Assembly (NCBI RefSeq): GCF_004010195.1
Contig: NC_057758.1
Span: forward strand, 4,237,746 to 4,257,745
Length of the DNA: 20,000 nucleotides
Direction of reading: 5' to 3'
Source of the DNA: Chiloscyllium plagiosum
Lineage: Eukaryota
This document shows positions 9,275 through 20,000 of the stretch, in pieces. How positions within the stretch are numbered: position 1 is the first letter of the stretch; the number at the start of each line of letters is the position of its first letter. Below the pieces are notes generated by a model, which saw only the letters and a program-made list of their open reading frames with translations, had not been told where the DNA came from and made no database searches. The position numbers and the translations under genes are program-made.

Positions 9275-10210
9275 TATTAATGACTTGGAGCAAAGAAGTG
9301 AACATTCAGACACCAAAATTGTTCACAACATTACGATCGGTGGAATGGCAAGTTGCGAGCAAAATCTAAACAATTTATTGAAATATATTAATTGTTCAAG
9401 TTAGTGGACACAAAATTGACAAGTATCGTATAACATTGAAAGACGTGAAGATATTTGTTTTGGAAGGGGGAATTTTAAATGAAGAAAACTGCAACACAAT
9501 GGGACTTGGGAGAAAATGTTCCCGAAACACAAAAAGCTGGTAGATAGGGGCAACAGACATTCACAAAGGCTATTGGAATGTTGATCCTTATTTCAAGAGT
9601 TTCAAGTATCATATCAGGGAGGTCTGACTGCAACTGATCAAGGTTCTGGGGAGACAATGTCTGGAATACTGTAAACAGATTTTGTTCCCTCATTGAAGGA
9701 AAAATGTCATTTTATTGGAGGCAGTTTAGTGAAGGTACACTAGGATGATTTCAGGTTTGAAGGGAGTATCTCATAAGCAAAGCCTAAGTCTGTCGGGATC
9801 CATTCACTGAATATTTCGAGAATAAACGTTGTTTTCAAGTGGAGCATACATGATTCTGAAGCGTGATTGAAAGGGTAAATGCTGATAGGAGGTTTTCCTT
9901 CATAGTGGAATCCAGGACCAGAGAATCAGAATAAGTAAGCAGCAATTTAGACAGAGATGAGGAGGAATTTCTTCTCTCGGGAGGTTGTGAATTTTTGGAA
10001 CTCTGTGTCATAGAGAGCTATGGTGGCCAGACGTTTTGGGTAAACGTAAGATAGGTAGACTTTATCAGTCGGGGATTCACGGGTTACAGACGAAGTCAGG
10101 AAAGTGGATGAGACGAATTTTGGAACAGAGACGATCCTCTCTTACTGGAAGAGCAGGTTTGAGGGGCAGACCTGTCCACTCCTCTTCGTATCTGATTTTA
10201 AATAACGTTT
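9275..10210 (+). mobile_element. Decayed CR1 RT C-terminal half to 3' tail, left-arm copy
   Basis: INDLEQRSEHSDTKIVHNITIGG is a decayed INDL..SKFADDTKIGG. MRRNFFSREVVNFWNS lies near 9957. The tail gagcaggtttgaggggcaga..ctcctcttc lies near 10150-10190. Confidence 0.85.
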
Positions 10211-10949
10211 TTCTCAACCATTCATTCCAAAATGATATTTTCCCCGTTCAGACGTCAACAAGTTTAATGTTTAGAAACCTGTAATCATTTTGGAGAACAT
10301 GACCAGACGCGGGGTACAGGGCGGGTGTCGGAATGGTAGGCTCGGGGTAAGGTGTGAATTATGAAGGCGATCCAGTGTAACCATTATCTTGTAATCAGAC
10401 GGCCTATTCAGTCATATTTGGTCACTCAACAATTCTCAGTTGCTGGATTGTCTATGTCAAAACAATCACTACTCTGTTGCACGGCTGATACTTGGATGCT
10501 ACGAAGTGCACTTTCTACAGGAAAATAGCATCTGAAGTGATAAATATTGACAGTGTCAGATAACTAACATATGGACACTCGACAGTATGCAGATTGTGCA
10601 CTGCCTTCAGTAATACAATATGTACAGTGTTGGAGAACTGCGATTTGGACATTCAGCAGCATGCATCATATGCATTATCTGCAATCATTCAATGTCTACA
10701 GAGTGGGAGACTGATAATTGAACATTCAGCTCTGTAGACTGTATTTGGGAAACAGGATGGCAGAATTAGATGCTGGATCTTTTACACTCTTCAACGTGGG
10801 ACAATGTAGATTTTGTTGAGCTCTGGGAGACGGAAGGGAGCTTTGTGGCCTGTGAGTCTATGTTAGAGAACTCAAAAATCGGAAAATAGGAAGTCCGCTG
10901 AGTGGTCTTGTGGTGACATGAAAGTGACTCTGTCTTTTATCCAGTAGAT

Positions 10950-12494
10950 CTGGGTTAATCGAGGAATGGAATCCTGCAGCACGGAGACAGTGCCATTGTC
11001 TTGACATCCACGACATTCAAAATGTTAATCACCGTTAACTCCATTTCTCTTGGCCCATATCCTTCTAAACCTTTCCTCTCTACGTATTGGTTAAAATGTA
11101 TTTTAAATATTGTTAATGTACCTGCCCCAGCCACTGCTGCTGTCAGTTCATCCCCAATACATTCCATTTCATATGCGTACCACCCTCTGTGCAAAACGTT
11201 ACCCCTCAGTTTTCTTTTTATTGTTTCCACTTTAAACGTAAGTTGATGCAATGTCGTCCTCAATTATCCAACGGTCGAAAAAGACTGAGCGCATTCACCC
11301 TATCCATTCCTCTCAAGATCTGACACACTTCTAAAAAAATCTGCTTCGCCCCCGTCTCCTATACACTGAAGAAAGATATCCTAGCTTGTCCAATCTCTCC
11401 CTATAACCAGACCATTGAGACCAGGCAACATTCTTGTGAATTTATTTTGCACTCTTTCCAGTTTAATACCATCCTTCCAACAGCAAGGTGACCAATACTG
11501 AACACAATACGCTAACCTCCTGTACAAATGACACATGACTGCCCAACTTCTATACTCAATGACTTGACTGATGAAGGCCAGTGTGCAGTAAGCCTTCTTC
11601 ATTGCCGTTTCTACCTGAGACTCCACTTTCAGGGAACCCTGGATCTGAAATCCAAAGTCCATCTGTTCCACGACACTCCTTAATGCCCTACCTTTTACTA
11701 TGAACTCCTACCTTTATGTGACTTCCCAACAAATGCAAGACCTCACGTTTATCTATAGCAAACTTCATTTGACAAATTTCAGACCACTTCCCCAGCTGAT
11801 CAAGTCCTGCTGCCATTTCAGTCACCTTCTTCACTCTCCATGGTGCCACCTGTTTTAATGTCACCTGCAAATCTGCTCTTCAGGCCATGTCCAGTCTCAT
11901 CCAAAACAGTGATACAGATAACAAACAACAGTGTGCCCTGCACCGATCATTGAGGCACTCCACGAGTCACAGGCCTCCAGTCAGACAAGAAACTGTCCAC
12001 AATATCCTCTGATTTCTACCATCAAGCCAACTATGTTTCCAATTTGCCAGACCTTCTGGATTCCATACGAACTGACCTTCCAGAGCAGCCTACCATATGG
12101 ATCCTTATCAAAGAACATCCTAAAATCCATATAAGCCGCATCTATGGCCCCGCTCTCAATAAACTTCCTGGTCGGTTCATCAATGAAGTCGAACAAATTT
12201 GACAAGCATGACATCCCAAGCAAATAAAAAAAGTCCATGCTGACTGTTCCTAATTACCCCTATATGTCTAAATACTGGATTATCTTTTGTCAGGATCTGT
12301 TCACGTAACCTACCTACCAGGGATATTCACCTTATTGATCTTTCTTTCCCAGGCTTTTATTTACCGCCCTTCTTGAATAAGGGCACGCAGTTCGCTGTTC
12401 TGCGGTCTTCTGGGACGTCACCCGTGGTTAATAAAAATGCAAAAATATCAGCCAATGTCCTCGCGACGACTTCTCTGGCATTTGTCAAGCTTGT
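10950..12494 (-). mobile_element. Decayed CR1, RT N-terminus to 3' tail, left-arm copy of the host element
   Basis: Minus-strand peptides SCLSNLFDFIDE..AIDAAYMDFRMFFDKDPYGRLLWK, SLKVESQVETAMKKAYCTLAFISQVIEYRSW..KLERVQNKFTRMLPGL and AGTLTIFKIHFNQYVERKGLEGYGP. Confidence 0.9.
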
Positions 12495-12497
12495 AAT

Positions 12498-13284
12498 TTG
12501 GATAGGCCAAGTTGGATTTGTTATCGGCTAATGAAACAGGCCAGGTGTTAGTTTTGAAGGTAGCTAAGCAATTTGGTGATAGTGACCACAATTCGGTTGT
12601 GTTTCCTATTGTGATGGAAACGGAGATGTATATACTGCATGGTGTGGGACATAGCTGGGGAAAAGGCAATTTTGATGCAATTAGGCAAGTTTTAGTGAAA
12701 CAAACGGAAGATAATGGGCACCATTGAAAAGTGGAGCTTGATTAAGGAACAGGTACTGAATGTTCTTGATAAGTAAGTCCCTGTCAGGCAGGGAGGAAAG
12801 GGTTCAGCGAGGGCGTCGTTGTTAACTAAAGCAGTTGAATCCGTTATCAAGGAAGAAAGAGGCTTAAAGAAAGATGGCGCGTAAAGGCTCAGTGATGGCG
12901 CTAAAAAATTATAAGTTAGCCAGGATCGACTTAAAGAGAGAGCTAAGCAGTGACATGAGAGGACATGAGAATCTTTGGCAGGTCAGATCAAGAAAACCTG
13001 TTATGCTTTGTATAGCTATGTCAGGGATAAAAGAATGACAAGGTTTATATAAGGGGCAGTCAAGAGTAGCCCTTGGAAGGTGCGTGTGGAGTTTGAGGAG
13101 ATAGGGCAGGCGTGAAAAGAATACTTCGCGTCCGTATTTACACTGGAAATAGACAATGTTGGCAAGGAGCATACTGAGAGACGAGACATTAAATGAGACA
13201 GGATTGAGGTTCAGAAGGGGGAGGTGGTAGCAATTCTGTAAGTTTTCAAAGGAAATATTTCCCTTGGACCGAATGGGATTTGAT
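12498..13284 (+). mobile_element. Decayed CR1 endonuclease end and linker, left-arm copy of the nested element, cut by the gap
   Basis: LDLLSANETGQVLVLKVAKQFGDSDHNSVVFPIVME (ORF 12512-12727). Ends at a SLGPNGI (SPGPDGI-like) motif at the gap edge. Confidence 0.9.
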
Positions 13285-13784
13285 NNNNNNNNNNNNNNNN
13301 NNNNNNNNNNNNNNNNNNNNNNNNNNNNNNNNNNNNNNNNNNNNNNNNNNNNNNNNNNNNNNNNNNNNNNNNNNNNNNNNNNNNNNNNNNNNNNNNNNNN
13401 NNNNNNNNNNNNNNNNNNNNNNNNNNNNNNNNNNNNNNNNNNNNNNNNNNNNNNNNNNNNNNNNNNNNNNNNNNNNNNNNNNNNNNNNNNNNNNNNNNNN
13501 NNNNNNNNNNNNNNNNNNNNNNNNNNNNNNNNNNNNNNNNNNNNNNNNNNNNNNNNNNNNNNNNNNNNNNNNNNNNNNNNNNNNNNNNNNNNNNNNNNNN
13601 NNNNNNNNNNNNNNNNNNNNNNNNNNNNNNNNNNNNNNNNNNNNNNNNNNNNNNNNNNNNNNNNNNNNNNNNNNNNNNNNNNNNNNNNNNNNNNNNNNNN
13701 NNNNNNNNNNNNNNNNNNNNNNNNNNNNNNNNNNNNNNNNNNNNNNNNNNNNNNNNNNNNNNNNNNNNNNNNNNNNNNNNNNNN
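13285..13784. other. Assembly gap (exactly 500 N)
   Basis: Run of N seen directly. The round length suggests a placeholder size. Confidence 1.
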
Positions 13785-14025
13785 AGAGATGTCCCCTGAA
13801 GTAACAAAGTAATAATGTATATGGAGATGAGCAGGAAATGGGCAAGTTCCTCCATGATCATTTATCCTCTGCGTTTGTCTTGGAATAAGATATCAAGACT
13901 GAGGAACTTGGGGATGTTTTTGTGATATCCTGGGGAAAGACCACAACACAGCAGAGGTTATTTTGAATGTATTAGAAGTTATTAAAATGGAATGCTCTCC
14001 TAGTTCTGAACAGATATATCCAAGA
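13785..14025 (+). mobile_element. Decayed CR1 linker fragment, 5' part of the host element that resumes at 16237
   Basis: Reads EMGKFLHDHLSSAF and VILNVLEVIKMECSPSSEQIYPR, compared with EMG.VLNEYFSSVF and VL..IK.DKSPGPDQIYPR. Confidence 0.8.
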
Positions 14026-16233
14026 GCACAGTGCAGCTCTTCAACACTCTTTGCGCCGTTCTGTGAAACCAATCTGAAGCTCGTCTGACTGTCATTATTC
14101 CATTGTCATCCAATGTTTATCCAATGACAGTTAAATGCCCTTAACGTTTGTGAGTCGACGACTGTTGCAGGGAGGGCGTTCCAGGCACTTACTACTCTCT
14201 GACTATAAAAGCCTCCATCTCACATCTGTCCTCCGTCTATCATCTCTCAATTTGTAAGTTATGTTCCCCCGTGCTAGTCATCATCATTCGAGGAAAGGGA
14301 CTCTCACTATCCAACCTATCCATCCTCTGACCACCTTTTATGCCTCAATTACATGACCTGTCTGCATTCTCTCTAACGAAAGCAGCCTCAAGTACCATAG
14401 CCTTTCCTCTTCAGATCTTCCTTCCATATCAGGCAACATCCTGGTAAATGTCCCTTGCGCCCTTTCCAAAAATCACACATCATTTCTCTCATGCAGCAAC
14501 CAGAACTGCATGCAGTACTCCAAGTGAAGCTGCACCAGTGACTCGTACAGCAACATGATCTGATTGCATCGCAACTGAACCCCTCACCTATAAAAGCAAA
14601 CACACTATACAATATATTGATATCCCTATCAACCTGAGTGGCATCGATCAGGGGTATGTGTACATACACACTGAAATCTCTGTGCTCATCCACACTCCCA
14701 AGAATCTTACCATGCACACTTCTCCGCCTTAACTCTATTTACCATCTGTCAGCCGAGTTCTGCAGCTTGTCATTGTCGGTCTGGAACCTGCAACATCCTA
14801 TTGGCACTGACCACAACTCTACTGACTTTAGTGTCACCCGCAAATTCATTAACCCATCTTTCTACGCTCTCACCCAGTTCCTTCAATACAAATGACAAAC
14901 AGCACCTGTCCCAAAACACATCTTTGCGGTATACCGCTAGTAAATGTTCATATCCCATCAAAGAAAGCCCCTTCTGTCTTCTTTCAGCGAGCCAATCTCT
15001 GATCCAAAATGGTAAACCACACTCAATCCTATGCCTCCATATGTTGTGCAATAGCTTGTCACGGAGAACCTTATCAATCGCCTTACTGAAATTATATACA
15101 CTGCATTATAACTTTACCCGAATCCACCTGTTTGGTTACCTTCTGAAACAACTCAGTAAGGTTTTTGAGGCACGACGTACCCTTTACAAAACCGTGTTGA
15201 CAAGCGCAAATCAAATTGTTCCTTGCCAGATGGTTTCAAATCATATCTATCGTAATCCCTTCCAATACTTTTCTCGCAATTGAAGACAGTTAATGTCCAG
15301 GGTTATCTCTACTTCCGTTCTTGAACCTAGGGACAACATTTGGTTTCCTCCAGTCTTCTGCCACTATTCCTGTAGTCAATGACGACAGAAAGATCAAAGC
15401 CAAATGTCCTGCAATCCCCTCCCTAACCCTCCAGAGAATATGTGATCAAATCCCATTCGGTCCAAGGGAAATTTTTGTTTTCACAACTTACAGAATTGCT
15501 CCCACCTCCCCCTTCTGAACCCCAATCCTGTCTCATTTAATATCTTGTCTCTCAGTATTCTCCTTGCCTACATTGTCTATTTCCAGTGTAAATACAGACG
15601 AGAAATATTCTTTTCACGCCTGTCCTATCTCCTCAAACTCCACACGCACCTTCCAAGGGCTACTCTTGACGACCCCATATATAAACCTTGTCATTCTTTT
15701 ATCCCTGACATAGCTATACAAAGCATAACGGTTTGTCTTGATCAGACATGCCAAGGATTCTCTTGGCCTCTCATGTCCCTGCTTAGCTCTCTCTTTAGGT
15801 CGTTCCTGGATAACTTATAATTTTTTAGCGCCATCCCTGAGCCTTTACGCGCCATCTTTCTTGAAGCCTCCTTCTTCCTCTTGATAACAGATTCAACTGC
15901 TTTAGTCAACAACGTCGCCCTCGCTCAACCCTTTCCTCCCTGCCTGACAGGGACTTACTTATCAAGAACACTCAGTACCTGTTCCTTAATTAAGCTCCAC
16001 TTTTCAATGGTGCCCATTATCTTCCGTTTGTTTCACTAAATCTTGCGTAATTGCATCATAAGTGCCTTTTCCCCATCTATGTCCCACACCATGCAGTATA
16101 TACATTTCCCTTTCCATGACGATAGGAAACACAACCGAATTGTGGTCACTATCAACAAATTGCTTAGCTACCTTCAAAACTAACACCTGGCCTGTTTCAT
16201 TAACCGATAACAAATCCAACTTGGCCTGTCCAA
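14026..16233 (-). mobile_element. Decayed ~2.2 kb CR1, endonuclease end to 3' tail, nested inside an older opposite-strand CR1
   Basis: The minus strand runs from GQVLVLKVAKQFVDSDHNS (~16140-16195) through TGIVAEDWRKPNVVP (~15330-15375), WVNEFAGDTKV (~14825-14857) and GKILGSVDEHRD (~14680-14710). It ends in the tail cttcagattggtttcacag..ctgcactgtgct at ~14026-14080. Confidence 0.9.
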
Positions 16234-16236
16234 ATT

Positions 16237-17627
16237 AGAAGCTTGACAAATGCCAGAGAAGTCGTCGCGAGGACATTGGCTGATATTTTTGCATTTTTAT
16301 TAACCACGGGTGACGTCCCAGAAGACAGCAGAACAGCGAATTGCGTGCCCTTATTCAAGAAGCGCGGGAAATTAAAGCCTGGGAAAGAAAGATCAATCTG
16401 TGGTAGGTAGGTTACGTGAACAGATCCTGAAAAAGATAATCCAGCATTTAGACATATAGGGGTAAGTAGAAACAGTCAGCATGGACTTTTTTTATTTGCT
16501 TGGGATGTCATGCTTATCAAATTTGGTCGACTTCATTGATGAAGCGACCAGGAAGTTTATTGAGAGTGGGGCCGTAGATGCGGCTTATATGGATTTCAGG
16601 ATGTTCTTTGTTAAGGGTCCATATGGTAGTCTGCTCTGGAAGGTCAGTTCGTATGGAATCCAAGGGCTGGCAAATTGGATACACAGTTGGCTTGATGGTA
16701 GAAAGCAGAGGGTATTGTGGACAGTTTCTTGTCTGACTGGAGGCCTGTGACTCGTGGATTGCCTCAATGATCGGTGCAGGGCACACTGTTACTTGTTATC
16801 TGTATCACTGATTTGGATGAGACTGGACATGGCCTGAAGAGCATATTTGCAGGTGACATTAAAACAGGCGGCACCATGGAGAGTGAAGAAGGTGACTGAA
16901 ATGGCAGCAGGACTTGATCAGCTGGGGAAGTGGTCAGAAATTTGTCAAATTACTTTTGCTATAGATAAACGTGAGGTCTTGCATTTGTTGGGAAGTCACA
17001 TCAAGGTAGAAGTTCATAGTAAAAGGTAGGGCATTAAGGAGTGTCGTGGAACAGATGGACTTTAGATTTCAGATCCAGGGTTCCCTGAAAGTGGAGTGTC
17101 AGGTAGACAGGGCAGTGAAGAAGGCTTACTGCACACTGGCCTTCATCAGTCAAGTCATTGAGTATAGAAGTTGGGAAGCCATGTGTCATTTGTACAGGAC
17201 GTTGGAGTATTGTGTTCAGTATTGGTGACCTTGCTGTTGGAGGGATGTTATTAAACTGGAAAGAGTGCAAAGTACATTCACAAGAATGTTGCCTGGTCTC
17301 AATGGTCTGGTTATAGGGAGAGATTGGACAAGCTTGGATATTTTTCTTCAGTGTATAGGAGACGGGGGCGAGGCAGAATCTTTTAGAAGTGTGTCAGAGC
17401 TTGAGAGGAATGGATAGGGTGAATGCGCTCAATCTTTTTCGATCGTTGGATAATTGAGGACGACATTGCATCAACTCATGTTTAAAGTGGAAACAATAAA
17501 ACGGAAACTGAGGGGTAACGTTTTGCACAGAGGGTGGTACGCACATGAAATGGAATGTATAGGGGATAAACTGACAGCAGAAGTGGTTGGGGCAGGTACA
17601 TTAACAATATTTAAAATACATTTTAAA
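16237..17627 (+). mobile_element. Decayed CR1, RT N-terminus to near the 3' end (tail deleted), right-arm copy of the host element
   Basis: Reads RSLTNAREVVARTLADIFAFLLTTGDVPEDSRTANCVPLFKK from 16237. ORF 16481-16750 contains AVDAAYMDF..GIQGLANWIHSWLDGRKQRV. FAGD replaces FADD near 16846. Confidence 0.9.
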
Positions 17628-18410
17628 TCTACTGGATTAAAGATAGGGTCACTTTCATGTCACCACAAGACCACTCAGCGGACTTCCTATTTTCCTATTT
17701 TTGAGTTCTCTAACATAGACTCACAGGCCACAATGCTCCCTTCCGTCTCCCAGAGCTCAGGAAAATCTGCATTGTCCCACGTTGAAGAGTGTAAAAGATC
17801 CAGCATCGAATTCTGTCATCCTGTTTCCCATATACAGGCTACAGAGCTGAATTTTCAATTATCAGTCTCCCACTCTGTAGATATTAAATGATTGCAAATA
17901 ATGCATATGATGCATGCTGCTGAATGTCCAAGTCTCAGTTCTCCAACACTGTACATATTGTATTACTGAAGGCAGTGCACAATCTGCATGCTGTCGAGTG
18001 TCCATATGTTAGTTATCTGACACTGTCAATATTTATCACTTCAGATGCTGTTTTACTGTTGAAAGTGCACGTTACACACTTCGTAGCATCCAAGTATCAG
18101 CCGTGCAACAGAGTAGTGATTGTTTTGACATAGACAATCCAGCAACTGAGAATTGTTGAGTGACCAAATATGACTGAATAGGCCGTTTGATTACAAGATA
18201 ATGGTTACACTGGATCTCCTTCGTGGTTAGAGAATGGTGATAAGGTTTCTTTTTGCCTTTGTAATTCACACCTTACCCCGAGCCTACCATCCCGACTTCC
18301 GCCCTGTCCCCCGCGTCTGTTCAGGTTCTCCGAAATGATTACAGGTTTTTAAACATTAAACTTGTTGAAGTCTGAACGGGGAAAATATCATTTTGGAATG
18401 GGTGGTTGAG

Positions 18411-19348
18411 AAAAACGTTATTTAAAATCAGATACGACGAGGAGTGGACAAGTCTGCCCCTCAAAACAGCTCTGCCAGTAAGAGAGGATCGTCTCTGTTC
18501 CAAAATTCGTCTCATCCACTTTCCTGAGTTCGTCTGTAAGCCGTGAATCCCAGACTGATAAAATGTACCTATCTTGCGTTGACACAAAACGTCTGGCCAC
18601 CATAGCTCTCTGTGACACAGAGTTCCAAAAATTCACAACCTTCCGAGAGAAGAAATTCCTCCTCATCTCTGTCTGAATTGCTGCTTACTTATTCTGATTC
18701 TCTGGTCCTGGATTCCACTATGAAGGAAAACCTTCTATCAGCATTTACCCTTTCAATCATGCTTCAGAATCATGTATGCTCCACTTGAAAACAACGTTCA
18801 TTCTCGAAATATTCAGTGAATAGATCCCGACAGACTTCGACTTTGCTTATGAGATACTCCCTTCAAAACTTAAATCATCCTAGTGTACCTTCACTAAACT
18901 GCCTCCAATGAAATGACATTTTTCCTTCAATGAGGGAACAAAAACTGTTTACAGTATTCCAGACATTGTCTCCCCAGAAACTTGATCAGTTGCAGTCAGA
19001 CCTCCCTGATATGATACTTCACACTCCTGAAATAAGGATCAACATTCCATTAGCCTTTGTGATTGTCTGTTGACCCTCTCTACCAGCTTTTTGTGTTTCG
19101 GGAACATTTTCTCCCAAGTCCCATTGTGTTGCAGTTTTCTTCATTTAAAATTCCCCCTTCTAAAACAAATATCTTCACGTCTTTCAATTTTATACAATAC
19201 TTGTCAATTTTGTGTCCACTGACTTGAACAATTAATATATTTCAATAAATTATTTAGATTTTGCTCGCAACTTGCCATTCCAAAGATCGTAATGTTGTGA
19301 ACAATTTTGGTGACTGGATGTTCACTTCTTTGCTCCAAGTTATTAATA
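18411..19348 (-). mobile_element. Decayed CR1 RT C-terminal half to 3' tail, right-arm copy of 9275-10210
   Basis: MRRNFFSRKVVNFWNSVSQRAMVA (ORF 18418-18666). Reverse-complement match to 9275-10210. Confidence 0.85.
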
Positions 19349-19430
19349 CCGTGCTGGCACGACTTTCCCAACTCTCCCCTTGTCTTTGATGTGGTGATTG
19401 TGTTTCCCAAGTCTGACCATGTTTCTCCTT

Positions 19431-19892
19431 TGACACGGTTATGTTGCCCTAGGTTTGGTTTCAGATTGAGCAGTCTGGCTGTTTAGAGCAAGTCATCAGT
19501 CAGTTTTGAGGTTGCTGGTCTAATAAGCGATGGAAGAAGGTGTTCCATGCTAAATCTCTCTGCTGCCTCTCCCCTGTGGACCCTATGTTTGAAAATATAT
19601 TTTGTGCCAAGGCCGTGTCTATGGAGGTTGTTGCAGTAATTTGCAACATGATTAAGTTGGGATAATCTGTTCCGCTTTCAGATCGGTTACGTTTGTGTAT
19701 ATTCTGGTCTCTGTTGTTTGTGTTCCATTCGCTAATCTTGCAAATTAATTCTGATTTTCTGCAAACTCACTGGTGAGGCCAGCTGCATCACTCAGGAATA
19801 GCTGCTCTGCACCTGCTTCAGACAATTAACAAAGTTAGGGTCTGAGTACTTCTTGAAATATTTTGATGGTGTGGTCGGTCTGGTCAATAACA
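19431..19892. mobile_element. LTR-like repeat, right-arm copy of 8731-9192
   Basis: Reverse-complement match to 8731-9192. Begins TGTTATTGACCAG on the minus strand at 19892. Confidence 0.4.
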
Positions 19893-20000
19893 TTTTTGTC
19901 GTGCGCAAAATAGCTCATTGAAGTTATACAGGACTTTGGCGAGACCATCCTTGGGGTATTGTGTTTTGTGGAGTCTCACTAACCCAAATAGGATCTTCTC

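Larger units (their letters stand above)
8449..13284 (+). repeat. Left arm of a large inverted segmental duplication (partner 15445-20000)
   Basis: Colinear reverse-complement match. 8449 gagaagatgctatttgggttagtgagactc pairs with the window end at 20000, and 13284 pairs with 15445 atcaaatcccattcggtccaaggg. Mirrored ORFs: 9213/19204, 10036/18339, 11381/17046, 11688/16847, 11981/16481, 12512/16004 and 12909/15545. Confidence 0.97.
15445..20000 (-). repeat. Right arm of the large inverted segmental duplication (partner 8449-13284), open at the window end
   Basis: Reverse complement of 8449-13284 with the same order of repeat fragments and junctions. Hand comparisons gave 7 mismatches in 130 nt (9481-9610) and 1 in 56 nt (11641-11696). 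Confidence 0.97.

Noticed and set aside
12480..12510. Head-to-head CR1 junction as a twin-priming inversion
   Set aside because: In the right-arm copy the second element runs to its own 3' tail and overlaps the first in ORF2 coordinates. Nested insertion explains it better.
13211..13861. ORFs of 174-216 aa across the second gap
   Set aside because: Artefacts of the 500-N run.
17454..17891. 145-aa ORF as a new gene
   Set aside because: It is a CR1 C-terminal remnant fused to flanking DNA by the right-arm deletion near 17627. The left arm does not have it.
8449..20000. The inverted arms as terminal inverted repeats of a giant DNA transposon
   Set aside because: The arms consist of decayed LINE mosaics. 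The spacer has no transposase, integrase or polymerase, and no defined termini are visible.
1..20000. CRISPR arrays, rRNA/tRNA genes, immunoglobulin V segments or recombination signal sequences
   Set aside because: By eye I found no regularly spaced direct repeats, no structural RNA gene signature, no Ig-domain peptide and no heptamer-nonamer pair.

Overview
Repeat-dense vertebrate genomic DNA. The repeat families resemble those of cartilaginous fish (shark); this is recognition from memory, not a database result. There is no intact protein-coding gene. Most of the window is decayed CR1-clade LINE fragments. It also holds a Penelope-like retroelement fragment (RT C-terminus plus GIY-YIG endonuclease, 6640-7593), a Penelope-type foldback remnant, an LTR-like repeat, microsatellites and two assembly gaps (490-1346, 13285-13784). 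The main structure is a large inverted segmental duplication: 8449-13284 is the reverse complement of 15445-20000. Hand-checked blocks are about 94-98% identical. The arms share repeat junctions and old lesions and differ by arm-specific deletions. The centre falls in or next to the 500-N gap, and the right arm runs off the window end. The right arm and spacer show one CR1 nested inside another at the YPR|SL codon junction. The largely non-repetitive stretch near 4150-6260 holds a splice-site-bounded, stop-interrupted candidate exon with type II membrane-protein features. I cannot support a previously undescribed biological system from this sequence.
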